Part shown: positions 24,810-35,559 of the stretch, one piece after another
Numbering within the stretch: the stretch's first letter is position 1
Layout: each line of letters begins with the position of its first letter
Origin: Macrostomum lignano
Lineage: Eukaryota
Direction of reading: 5' to 3'
Length of the DNA: 64,000 bases
NCBI GenBank assembly: GCA_002269645.1
Contig: NIVC01002935.1
Span: 1-64,000 of the forward strand
The notes under the pieces: generated by a model
What the model saw: only the letters and a program-made list of their open reading frames with translations
The model's database searches: none
What the model was told of the DNA's origin: nothing
Position numbers and translations under genes: made by a program

Positions 24810-25728
24810 AGCATTCAGCATGTGACAGGCTGTGTGAGTCCCATATGCCAGCAATCAGCATGTGACAGGCTGTGTCAGTCCCATATGCCAGCAATCAGCA
24901 TGTGACAGGCTGTGTCAGTCCCATATGCCAGCAATCAGCATGTGACAGGCTGTCAGTCCCATATGCCAGCAATCAGCATGTGACAGGCTGTGTCAGTCCC
25001 ATATGCCAGCAATCAGCATGTGACAGGCTGTGTCAGTCCCATATGCCAGCAATCAGCATGTGACAGGCTGTGTCAGTTTCATATGCCAGCAATCAGCATG
25101 TGACAGGCTGTGTCAGTTTCATATGCCAGCAATCAGCATGTGACAGGCTGTGTCAGTTTCATATGCCAGCAATCAGCATGTGACAGGCTGTGTCAGTCCC
25201 ATATGCCAGCAATCAGCATGTGACAGGCTGTGTCAGTTTCATATGCCAGCAATCAGCATGTGACAGGCTGTGTCAGTCCCATATGCCAGCAATCAGCATG
25301 TTACAGGCTGTGTCAGTCACATATACCAGCAATCAGCATGTGACAGGCTGTGTCAGTCACATATACCAGCAATCAGCATGTGACAGGCTGTGTCAGTCAC
25401 ATATACCAACAATCAGCATGTGACAGGCTGTGTCAGTCACATATACCAGCAATCAGCATGTTACAGGCTGTGTCAGTCACATATACCAGCAATCAGCATG
25501 TGACAGGCTGTGTCAGTCACATATACCAGCAATCAGCATGTGACAGGCTGTGTCAGTCACATATACCAGCAATCAGCATGTGACAGGCTGTGTCAGTCAC
25601 ATATACCAGTAATCAGCATGTGACAGGCTGTGTCAGTCACATATACCAGCAATCAGCATGTGACAGGCTGTGTCAGTCACATATACCAGCAATCAGCATG
25701 TGACAGGCTGTGTCAGTCACATTTGCCA
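24810..25728. repeat. 40-bp tandem repeat
   Basis: GTGACAGGCTGTGTCAGTCACATATACCAGCAATCAGCAT, ~23 copies with a 5'-to-3' gradient of variants. Confidence 0.95.
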
Positions 25729-26005
25729 GCTGAGAAATGAGCATAAAGTGGAACAATGCTGGCATTTAAATCTTAGAGCCCCACATTTTTAATAATTCTG
25801 AGTGTCATTTTGTATTTATTTAGGATCGCTAAGGACAAAGAAACAATTCTTTCGTGCTGGTTAATGATAGATTTTTCTCAAGGCTGTTACTTGCTACTTT
25901 CAGTATAGTATAAAGATTATTGTCATATTAATTAATAAGATTTCTAAACTTGGGTTCGCTAGTCGCTAAATGGAGAGTCCAACTGTTCCATAGCGTGCAG
26001 CAGCT

Positions 26006-27149
26006 TCACACGCTCTGCTTCAGCAAGTTGTGGTACAGCCGGATCTTGCTGGCGGTGGACATGTCCACGAACTTGTCCCCGATGGCCACCGTCATGCCGC
26101 CAACGATGCTCGGGTCAACGCGGAACGAAACCTGCAGCTTCTGGCCGGACTTGGCGAAGCTGTTCAGCACCGACTGCAGCTCCTGGGTCTCCTTGGAGTC
26201 CAGCGGCCTGGCGGTGACCACCTCCGTTGGGACCTCGCCTTTGTGGGCGGACATGATGATGGCGAAGGAGGCCAGCACCTGGCCGCTGCGGCCCAGGCGG
26301 CCGTTCAGCCCCAGCACGTTGAACAGGTTCAGGGTGAGGTCCGACACCTTCAGGCCGGTGAGCAGCTTGGCGAATGCGGCTGACTTGGCCACCTTGTTGT
26401 ACAGCGGGTTGTTGAGGAACTCGCCCAGCCTGGGGTCCGACTTGAGCAGCTGGCTGACCTTGCCGAGGTCCTGGTCCACCTGCACGGGGCGCGGGGGGAA
26501 GTTGCGTGTGAAACAGACATTTGCATTATCAGGACGGTCTTGCAGCCTTGGCTTCAGTTTTGGTGCTACTACTACTTCATATCATGTTTGGCGCCATTTT
26601 ATATCAGGTATGGCGCCATTAAATTCAGGTCTAGCGCCATTTCAATTCAGGTCTGGCGCCATTAAATTCAGGTCTGGCGCTATTTCATACGAGCGTATCA
26701 TGTTTGGCGCCATTTCATACCATGTTTGGTGCCATTTCATATCAGGTCTGGCGCCATTAAATTCAGGTCTGGCGCTATTTCAATACAGATCTGGCGTCAT
26801 TTCATATCATGTTTGGCACCATTTCAATTCAGGTTTTGCGCCATTTCATAACAGGTCTGGCGCCATTTTAATTCAGGTCTGGCGCCATTTCAATTCAGGT
26901 CTGGCGTGAAGCCAAAAAACTCATAGCCTCCCCCCCCCTACCGTCCTGCCTGAGAGCCAGCAAAAACTGCCAATGACCGCGCAGCCTCACCTGCTCCAGC
27001 TTCTTAGACTTGACTGCCGCCGAGTACAGAGCGGTGGCGTAGCGGCCCTCCAGCCCGAAGACCTGGGTTGGCGGCACCACGAGCTGACGGAGGGCGCCGC
27101 TGGTGCTGAACTGGCGTCTCAGGATGCTGAACATGGCGCTCGAAGACAT
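26006..27149 (-). CDS. ATP5PO: Mitochondrial ATP synthase subunit O (OSCP), 2 exons, 210 aa
   Basis: complement(join(26006..26479,26991..27149)). RQFSTS presequence, [48 protein letters not shown]. An alternative ATG lies at 27134. Confidence 0.95.
26570..26907. repeat. Intronic degenerate 22-bp repeat
   Basis: GGCGCCATTTCAATTCAGGTCT variants in the ATP5PO intron. Confidence 0.85.
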
Positions 27150-27221
27150 GATGGAGCACTGGCTGCAAGATTGTACAGAAGGCCTGTTTTGACTTCAGCA
27201 ACGTCTGCTGCTTTTGATCTG

Positions 27222-27873
27222 GGAGGATATGGGAGGCTGGCCCAGCGACTGAGGATCTGGGAGGCTGGCCCAGCGACTGGGGATCTGGGAGGCTGGCCCA
27301 GCGACTGGGGATCTGGGAGGCTGGCCCAGCGACTGGGGATCTGGGAGGCTGGCCCAGCGACTGGGGATCTGGGAGGCTGGCCCAGCAACTGAGGATCTGG
27401 GAGGCTGGCCCAGCGACTGGGGATCTGGGAGGCTGGCCCAGCGACTGGGGATCTGGGAGGCTAGCCCAGCAACTGGGGATCTGGGAGGCTGGCCCAGCGA
27501 CTGGGGATCTGGGAGGCTGGCCCAGCGACTGGGGATCTGGGAGGCTGGCCCAGCGACTGGGGATCTGGGAGGCTGGCCCAGCAACTGAGGATCTGGGAGG
27601 CTGGCCCAGCAACTGAGGATTTGGGAGGCTGTTCCAGCGACTGAGGATCTGGGAGGCTGGCCCAGCAACTGAGGATCTGGGAGGCTGGCCCAGCGACTGG
27701 GGATCTGGGAGGCTGTTTCAGCGACTGAGGATCTGGGAGGCTGACCCAGCGACTGAGGATTTGGGAGGCTGGCCCAGCAATTGAGGATCTGGGAGTGGGA
27801 GGATAGCCCAGCAACTGAGGATCTGGGAGTGGGAGGCTGGCCCAGCAACTGAGGATCTGGGAGGCTGGCCCAG
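27222..27873 (-). repeat. 28-bp tandem repeat, family A, copy 2
   Basis: Reverse complement of GGGCCAGCCTCCCAGATCC(C/T)CAGT(C/T)GCT, ~23 units, ending ~70 nt before the ATP5PO ATG. Confidence 0.95.
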
Positions 27874-28289
27874 TGGCCCCCTAAAACTCGATATGCTAAG
27901 CCAAATTTAGCCAAATAAGTGAGAACCAGAAAATGTAAGCAGATAGAGTGCAAAAAGTTTAGCAGTTTAATTTGCACATGCCAGACAAATTTAATTATAA
28001 ACGCAACAGTGGGGTATCAAGCAGCAGTTAGACAAAAATGCAAAAATGCCGGGGCATCCTTTAATAGGAAAAATACCTATGTATAATTTTTTAAAATAGC
28101 TACCAATAAAGTACAAATTTTAACTGCAGCAAACGAATGAGACGAAATGCGAAGAGCGCTACTATAAGTATTAATAGTAGAATTAATGCAGAATAAGTTA
28201 CAATAACAGAGTCGCTTAGTGTGAAATAAAAATTGAAATTTGTTTGTAATTGTTAGATTTACCTCACACTGATTACAATAGGACATTTC

Positions 28290-29070
28290 AATCATAATGG
28301 AATTTCAATCCAATGGGACTTGAATCCAATAGAATTTGAACTTAATGGGATTTGAAGCTAATGAGATGTAAATCCAATGGGATTTTAAATAGAATGGGAT
28401 TTGAATCTAATGGTATTCGAGCCCAATGGGATTTGAGTCCAATGGATTTGAGTCCACTGGGATTTGAGTCCACTGGGATTTGAGTCCAATGGATTTGAGT
28501 CCACTGGGATTTGAGTCCACTGGGATTTGAGTCCACTGGGATTTGAGTCCAATGGATTTGAAAATTTTAGGGATTTGAGTCCAATGGGATTTAAGTCCAC
28601 TGGGATTTAAGTCCACTGGGATTTGAGTCCAATGGGATTTGAGTCCACTGGGATTTGAGTCTAATGGGATTTGAGTCCAATGGGATTTGAGTCCACTGGG
28701 ATTTAAGTCTAATGGGATTTGAGTCCAATGGGATTTGAATCCACTGAGATTTCAGTCTAATGGGATTTGAGTCCAATGGGATTTGAGTCCACTGGGATTC
28801 GAGCCCAATGGGATTTGAGTGAGTCCAATGGGATTTGAGTCCAATCGGATTTGAGTCCACTGGGATTTGAGTCTAATGGGATTTGAGTCCAATGGGATTT
28901 GAATCCACTGAGATTTCAGTCTAATGGGATTTGAGTCCAATGGGATTTGAGTCCACTGAGATTTGAGGCCACTGGGATTTGAGGCCACTGAGATTTGAGT
29001 CCACTGGGATTTGATTCCAATGGATTTGAATATATTAGGGATTTGAATCCAATGGGATTACAAATCGATT
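28290..29070. repeat. 16-bp tandem repeat
   Basis: GGGATTTGAGTCCA(C/A)T, degenerate at both edges. Confidence 0.92.
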
Positions 29071-29143
29071 AGGATTAAATGAGTATAACGCATTAACGAT
29101 TTCCCCTAAAAGCTACGAGATGAAGAGCCAGCCAGCCTCCCCA

Positions 29144-32100
29144 TCAGGCCAGGCCGGGGAACACCAGCGACAGCGCCTTGGCCAGGCGGTGGTTGACAGC
29201 CAGCTGGTCCTGCGCGAGGCCGGCCCGGCACACGGGGCAGGCGGCCAGGCCAGCATCCAGCGAGCGCTGCAGGCAGTCCAGACAGGCGTTGTGACCGCAC
29301 GGCGTGGTGGCTGGCCGCAGTCCGACCAGGTCGCAGCAGACAACGCAGGTGAAAATTCTTTCCACAGCGGAGCGGAACTCCCGGATGCCGTCGGCTCCGC
29401 TGTCCAGGGCCTCGCGCCAGCGGCTCGAGTTCACCTGGTCGGCTTCGATCGCCGCAGTGAGCTCCGAGTCCGGGCTGTAGCGCGGCTTCTTCTGCTGCTG
29501 CTCGGCTGAGGCTGCCGCGGCTTCATCTTCTGCTGCTGCTTTGCGCTTCCTGCCCCGCCGCTTTTTCTCCGCGCTGCCGGCCGCTGCGGCTGCGGGGGCG
29601 GCAGAGGGGGCGGCAGAGGGGGCGGCAGAGGGGGCCGAATTCTCCTGGCCGTCCTCCCGGTAGCCCTCGGGCAGCTCCATCTTCAGGCCCAGCGACTCCA
29701 CTCGCTTGCGGCCCTCCGGGGTCCACGGCGCCGGCACCGGGTCGTCACGGCGCATCAGGTAGCGCCAGACCCGGAAGCCCGACTTGCCGACGTGAGGCCA
29801 GTATTTCACCACCTGCGGGCGGGGGGGTCAGGGCGTCAGTATTTCACCACCTGCGGGCGGGGGGGTCAGGGGGTCAGTATTTCACCACCTTCGGGCAAGG
29901 GGATCAGGAAATCAGTTTTCAGTAGAAGGATGAAGGGAAAGGGGATTACTGCTGGCATCAAGCCTGAAAATGTCAAAAAGCCCACCTTATAAATGCCATC
30001 GTATCTGTTGCCAACGGTGGGCGCGAATTTGCTGTGCTTGGCCGCTTTATAATTCCGCACCACTCGCACGGGTTTGCCTTCGCGCCATCGCGCCCCGGCG
30101 TCGGCGCCGTCCAACTCGTTGATTGGCGCGGCGACGTTGCGCGCCAGGGCACGGTTCATCCTGGTGAGCTCCTGGTCGCAGCTCTGCGCCGCTGTGCGCC
30201 GGTTGCCACTGAGGTCGCGGCCGCCGCTGCCGGTGTACAGAAACTCGTCCCCGTTGTCAACGTCGTCTTCGTAGCCGCCGGACAGCACGATGCTGTAGGC
30301 GCCCTCGGCATCTCGGCCAGCGATGCCGGACACGGGCGGCCGGTGCACGCCGGCCTCGGACACCTTCGGACAGGTGGGTCAGAGATGCTGGATGATGGGT
30401 CAGAGATGCTGGATGATGGTCAGAGATGCTGGATGATGGTCAGAGATGCTGGATGATGGGTCAGAGATGCTGGATGATGGTCAGAGATGCTGGATGATGG
30501 GTCAGAGATGCTGGATGATGGTCAGAGATGCTGGATGATGGGTCAGAGATGCTGGGTGATAGGTCATAGATGCCGGATGATGGGTCCGTGATGCTGGATG
30601 ATGCATCAGATTACTCATAGACTGATAATGACGGGTCATAGACAGGAAATGAGTCAGATATGGCTCTTATGTGTGCAAGTGAGAGTTGAGTCATAGAAAG
30701 TCACTATTGAATGCTTGAACACGGGTTTTATTTGGGTCACGGATTTGCCTGGACTCACCTGCAGGCGAAACATCCAGCTCTGGCCGACCTCAACCGACGG
30801 CACCGGGCCAAAATGATTGGTGGGCACCAGAGTGCAGGTCTTTGTCCGGCCGGAGCAGGCGAAACCTTTGCCCCAGTCGCGCTTGCCTTCGGCTGCGGCG
30901 GCGGCCGCTGCGGCAGCTTTCTTAGTGGCTTTGAGCTTCTGGCCGGCCAGCACCACCTGGCTGGTGTCGCGCTTGCAGTCGGAGCAGTACCAGTCATCGT
31001 CTGGCACGGCCTCCAGCGCTGGCGTCAGGCAGAACGTGTGGAAGGCCTTGTCGCATTCGTCGCAGAGCAGCAGGCGGTCCTGGTCGGCTTTGCCGGCGCA
31101 CACGGAGCAACCGCAGTGCCGGCAGGGCCGGTCGGGCTTGTCGCGGCAGTGCTGGCAGCTGACGGCTGTCGGGCGGAGCTCCTTGTTGGACGATGTCGAG
31201 GATGCCAACAAGACGTCGGTCAGATTCGAACGCCAAGCTTTCGGCCCGTCGGCGGCGACCTCGGCGGCGGATGGGCGGAGCACGGCGTAGACCGTGTCCT
31301 GCGGCCGCAGCCTGCGCTCCGCCACCGGCACCAGCTGCGGGCCCACGTATACGGTGGTGCGGGCTTCGGCGCGGCCGACGCTCTCTACCGTGGCGTCGTA
31401 CCTGCGCGAGTGACAGGTGGGGGTCAGGGGTCAGTGACACTGGGACAGTGTGGGGTCAGGGATCAGTGACACTGGGACAGGGTTGTGTCAGGGGGTCAGT
31501 GACACTAGGACAGGGTGGGGTCAGGGGGTCAGTGACACTGGGACAGGGTGGGGTCAGGGGGTCAGTGACACTGGGACAGGGTTGGGTCAGGGGGTCAGTG
31601 ACACTGGGACAGGGTTGGGTCAGGGGGTCAGGTACACTGGGACAGGGTGGGGTCAGGGGGTCAGTGACATTGGGACAGGGTGGGGTCAGGGGGTCAGTGA
31701 CACTGGGACAGGGTGGGGTCAGGGGGTCAGTGACACTGGGACAGGGTGGGGTCAGGGGTCAGTGACACTGGGACAGGGTGGGGTCAGGAGTCAGTGACAC
31801 TGGGACAGGGTGGGGTCAGGGGGTCAGTGACACTGGGACAGGGTTGGGTCAGGGGTCAGTGACACTGGGACAGGGTGGGGTCAAGGGGTCAGTGAAGATG
31901 GGGTCAGCAATTTCAGTGACAGACAGGGAAGTTTACTGACACTGAGTAGTTTAGGCGAGGTCAAGGGAGGTCAGTGAGGAGTCAAGAATCAAACTTAGCT
32001 CACCAGTATCCAACAGCCGCAGGGTTGTCATAGTTGTGGTTGCACAGCACAGTCTGGCCCTCAGTCAGCTGGCCGAGGGTCACCCGCTGACTCGCCCTGG

Positions 32101-33795
32101 GCCGCAGATTTCGCGTGAAGACGGCGATTTTCAATTCCGCATCGTCTTCGAAGACAACCTGGGGATTGAATTGGTTGAATTGCCTTGCATGTGCTCAGGG
32201 ATCAGCGTGATGGGAAGAGAATCAGCCCCCAGCCTCACCTGATACACGCATCCGTCATTAGCCCCAGCCTCACCTGATACACGCATCCTTCATCAGCCCC
32301 CCCAGCCTCACCTGATGCACGCATTCGTCATCAGCTCCAGCCTCACCTGATACACGCATCCGTCATCAGCCCCCCAGCCTCACCTGATGCACGCATTCGT
32401 CATCAGCTCCAGCCTCACCTGATACACGCATCCGTCATTAGCCCCCAGCCTCACCTGATACACGCATCCTTCATCAGCCCCCAGCCTCACCTGATGCACG
32501 CATTCGTCATCAGCTCCAGCCTCACCTGATACACGCATCCTTCATCAGCCCCCAGCCTCACCTGATGCACGCATTCGTCATCAGCTCCAGCCTCACCTGA
32601 TACACGCATCCGTCATTAGCCCCCAGCCTCACCTGATACACGCATCCTTCATCAGCCCCCCAGCCTCACCTGATGCACGCATTCGTCATCAGCTCCAGCC
32701 TCACCTGATACACGCATCCGTCATCAGCCCCCCAGCCTCACCTGATGCACGCATTCGTCATCAGCTCCAGCCTCACCTGATACACGCATCCGTCATCAGA
32801 CCCTAGCCTCACCTGATACACGCATCCGTCATCAGCCCCAGCCTCACCTGATACACGCATCCGTCATCAGACCCCAGCCTCACCTGATACACGCATCCGT
32901 CATCAGCCCCCAGCCTCACCTGATACACGCATCCGTCATCAGACCCCAGCCTCACCTGATGCACGCATCCGTCATCAGACCCCAGCCTCACCTGATACAC
33001 GCATCCGTCATCAGACCCTAGCCTCACCTGATACACGCATCCGTCATCAGCCCCCAGCCTCACCTGATACACGCATCCGTCATCAGACCCCAGCCTCACC
33101 TGATACACGCATCCGTCATCAGCCCCCAGCCTCACCTGATACACGCATCCGTCATCAGCCCCCAGCCTCACCTGATACACGCATCCGTCATCAGCCCCCA
33201 GCCTCACCTGATACACGCATCCGTCATCAGCCCCCAGCCTCACCTGATACACGCATCCGTCATCAGCCCCCAGCCTCACCTGATACACGCATCCGTCATC
33301 AGCCCCGGCAGCCTCCCAATCCGCCAGGGCCCCAGCAGGCGCACGCGACACCTCATCAACGTCCGTGTCGATCCGTTTTCGAATTGCAGCAACCCGAGCC
33401 TCGAACCAGCAGCCCATGGTGGGATCCCGGACATCGACTCGATCTCCCGGCTCGTACAAACTGCCAGCCAAGCAGTCCTCGTCGTGCTTGAATTCCTCGC
33501 TGGAATCGGCTGGCTCAGCATCCCGAGCTTCATCGGAATTCTCACTGTCACCCCCGGCAACCGGCTGCTGAGCGGCGAGCATCAGCTGAATGACGTCATT
33601 GATCTGCACCCCGTACTCGAACAAGGTGTGCTCGTCCACCAGCAGCTTGCCCCGAAAGAACAGCCGCTGCCGATCAACCGCAGCGTCGGGACGTGCGGCA
33701 GCGATGAGCCGACGGAGCTCCTTGACAGACGTTCGCTTTGAAATGTCCCGCAGCTGCATGGACTGGCCGTCCATTGAGCGCACGTTGATGTACAT
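29144..33795 (-). CDS. UHRF1: E3 ubiquitin ligase UHRF1 (UBL-tandem Tudor-PHD-SRA-RING), 5 exons, 786 aa
   Basis: complement(join(29144..29812,29986..30363,30759..31401,32004..32158,33280..33795)) = 2361 nt in frame. RLFFRGKLL (UBL), MGCWFEA (TTD), [13 protein letters not shown] (PHD), [20 protein letters not shown] (SRA), C3HC4 RING. Confidence 0.97.
29813..29905 (-). repeat. Triplicated splice acceptor (38-bp period) in the last UHRF1 intron
   Basis: CTGACCCCCCCGCCCGCAG|GTGGTGAAATAC occurs with exon starts at 29888, 29850 and 29812. Confidence 0.9.
30376..30600. repeat. Intronic 20/21-bp repeat
   Basis: GGTCAGAGATGCTGGATGAT(G). Confidence 0.92.
31415..31895. repeat. Intronic 33-bp repeat
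   Basis: GGGTCAGTGACACTGGGACAGGGTGGGGTCAGG. Confidence 0.95.
32222..33305 (-). repeat. 36-bp tandem array of the UHRF1 exon 1/intron 1 junction (30 donor sites)
   Basis: GGGGCTGATGACGGATGCGTGTATCAG|GTGAGGCTG; 30 copies of TCACCTGAT counted on the + strand. Confidence 0.97.
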
Positions 33796-33939
33796 AGTAG
33801 AATTTTAAGCTTATAACTAATGGTGACTCAGGTAAATATCTGGTGAGCACTACTAAATGGACGAGCATGAAGTAGTATAGACAGAAAAATATGAGACAAT
33901 CTGATGCATTCGAGAGAACTTTCGCATGAAAGGACACGA

Positions 33940-34100
33940 AGGGGGTTGTAGCCAAGTAGTGGTTAGTGTTGTACCCACTTAACTCTGCATTGCTTCAGTT
34001 CACCCAGCTGTAAAATGGGTGCCAGCATTAGCTGGGGTAATTGAGGATGTGTGGCGACCCCCATCCATGGACTGAACAGCCGTATGCAGCCTTCAGATGC
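33940..34100 (+). mobile_element. Decayed tRNA-headed SINE with a CORE/Deu-like central domain
   Basis: A-box-like GTAGCCAAGTAGTGGTTAG, then CACTTAACTCTGCATTGCTTCAGTTCACCCAGCTGTAAAATGGGT, which resembles SINE conserved central domains. The B box is missing. Confidence 0.45.
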
Positions 34101-35559
34101 AATAAGGTGTAATCAATTGATATTATTATTAATTATTACTTGCAAATTAATGTAAACTGGATTGAAATGAAATCTATATTAGCACACAACTATTTGCTAA
34201 GATTAGCAATCCATACCCCTGTTGGAAAGGCAGCAAAAAAGGAGCAAATGTGTTTGAATAAATTACATTTAGGTCTTGACCCTATATAGTTAGTTAATCT
34301 CTTAAGACAAATGCAAAAAGCAAAAGTGCAAAAGAGCATTCACCTTGAAGGCTAGCAATCAAGCCTAAGATATCAGATCCCCAATAAGTTTTTTTTACAG
34401 CTGTAGCACTTTAGTGATTCCATCATAATCCAAAATATTTACTCAATCAAAATTTTCTATTATTAACTGTATATCAAGTTCCTTTTATACTAAGGAATGG
34501 ATCTAGAATTGTTCTTCTGGGGGTTATTATTATATATATTTGCCATGTTGCTAGATTGGCTGCTTGCTTTATTCAGTAAGAGAAAGAGACACTTGTTTGT
34601 GTCACTAAATTAAAACCGTCTTTTTGTCTCCTTTAATATTTTTATTAAGGCTTCCTAACATTAGAAGGCAAAATCTACAATGGGACTAAATGCATACCAA
34701 TGAAGAAAGTATTATGGGCAAATCTTTACAAAAAGCTTACTGAACAAATAGGATTGGGATTGACAGCTAAATCTTAGTGAGAAAAGCTTAATAGGCAAAT
34801 GAGAGCAAGCAAAACCTGTCTAATAGATAAATCTTAGCAGGAAAAGATTTATAGGCAAATCTTATTTTCCCATGTTACCAATTTATAAATTTAGATATTT
34901 ACAAAAACAAGCTTTTATATTTTTTAAAATTTAATAAATAAGTAATTCTTAAACATAAGGCTGTTTTAAAATGCAAGGCTAAAATATTTTTTTATTTTGA
35001 ACTGACCTTTTTTATTTAATATTATAATTTATTAGATAAGTATTAGATAAAATAAAAATTTAAATGTTGACAAAATTTTGTTGATAGTATTGCATACTTT
35101 ATAATATAGTGTTTTAAGCACTAGATAGAGCAGTTGATAGAGAAGGAAATGGAGCAGCAGATAGAGCAATAGATGTAGCTATCTGATCTTATAGTTAAAC
35201 CATGGAATAAAATAGAATTTTGAAAGTTGTTTACTAGTCTTTAAGTGGTAACAGTATACTTTGATAATAGCCACTTTGGTAACAAAAAATCACTTTGATA
35301 ATAGCTTTTTTGTAATAGCCACTTTGGTAACAAATGAGAATAAAAGTATATATTAATTGATATGTTCCAAAAGAATGCACCAATGAACTTGATATAAAAC
35401 AAAAAAATAATTGAGATAGATTTTTGCACATTTTGAGAGATTTAGATTGATATAGAAAATTGTTAATTTATATGTATTTAACTTGTTTAAAAGTGTTTTT
35501 ATCAATCTATTTTAATTTCTGGATACTTTAGATATATGCAAGCTTACCAGATTAAGCCA

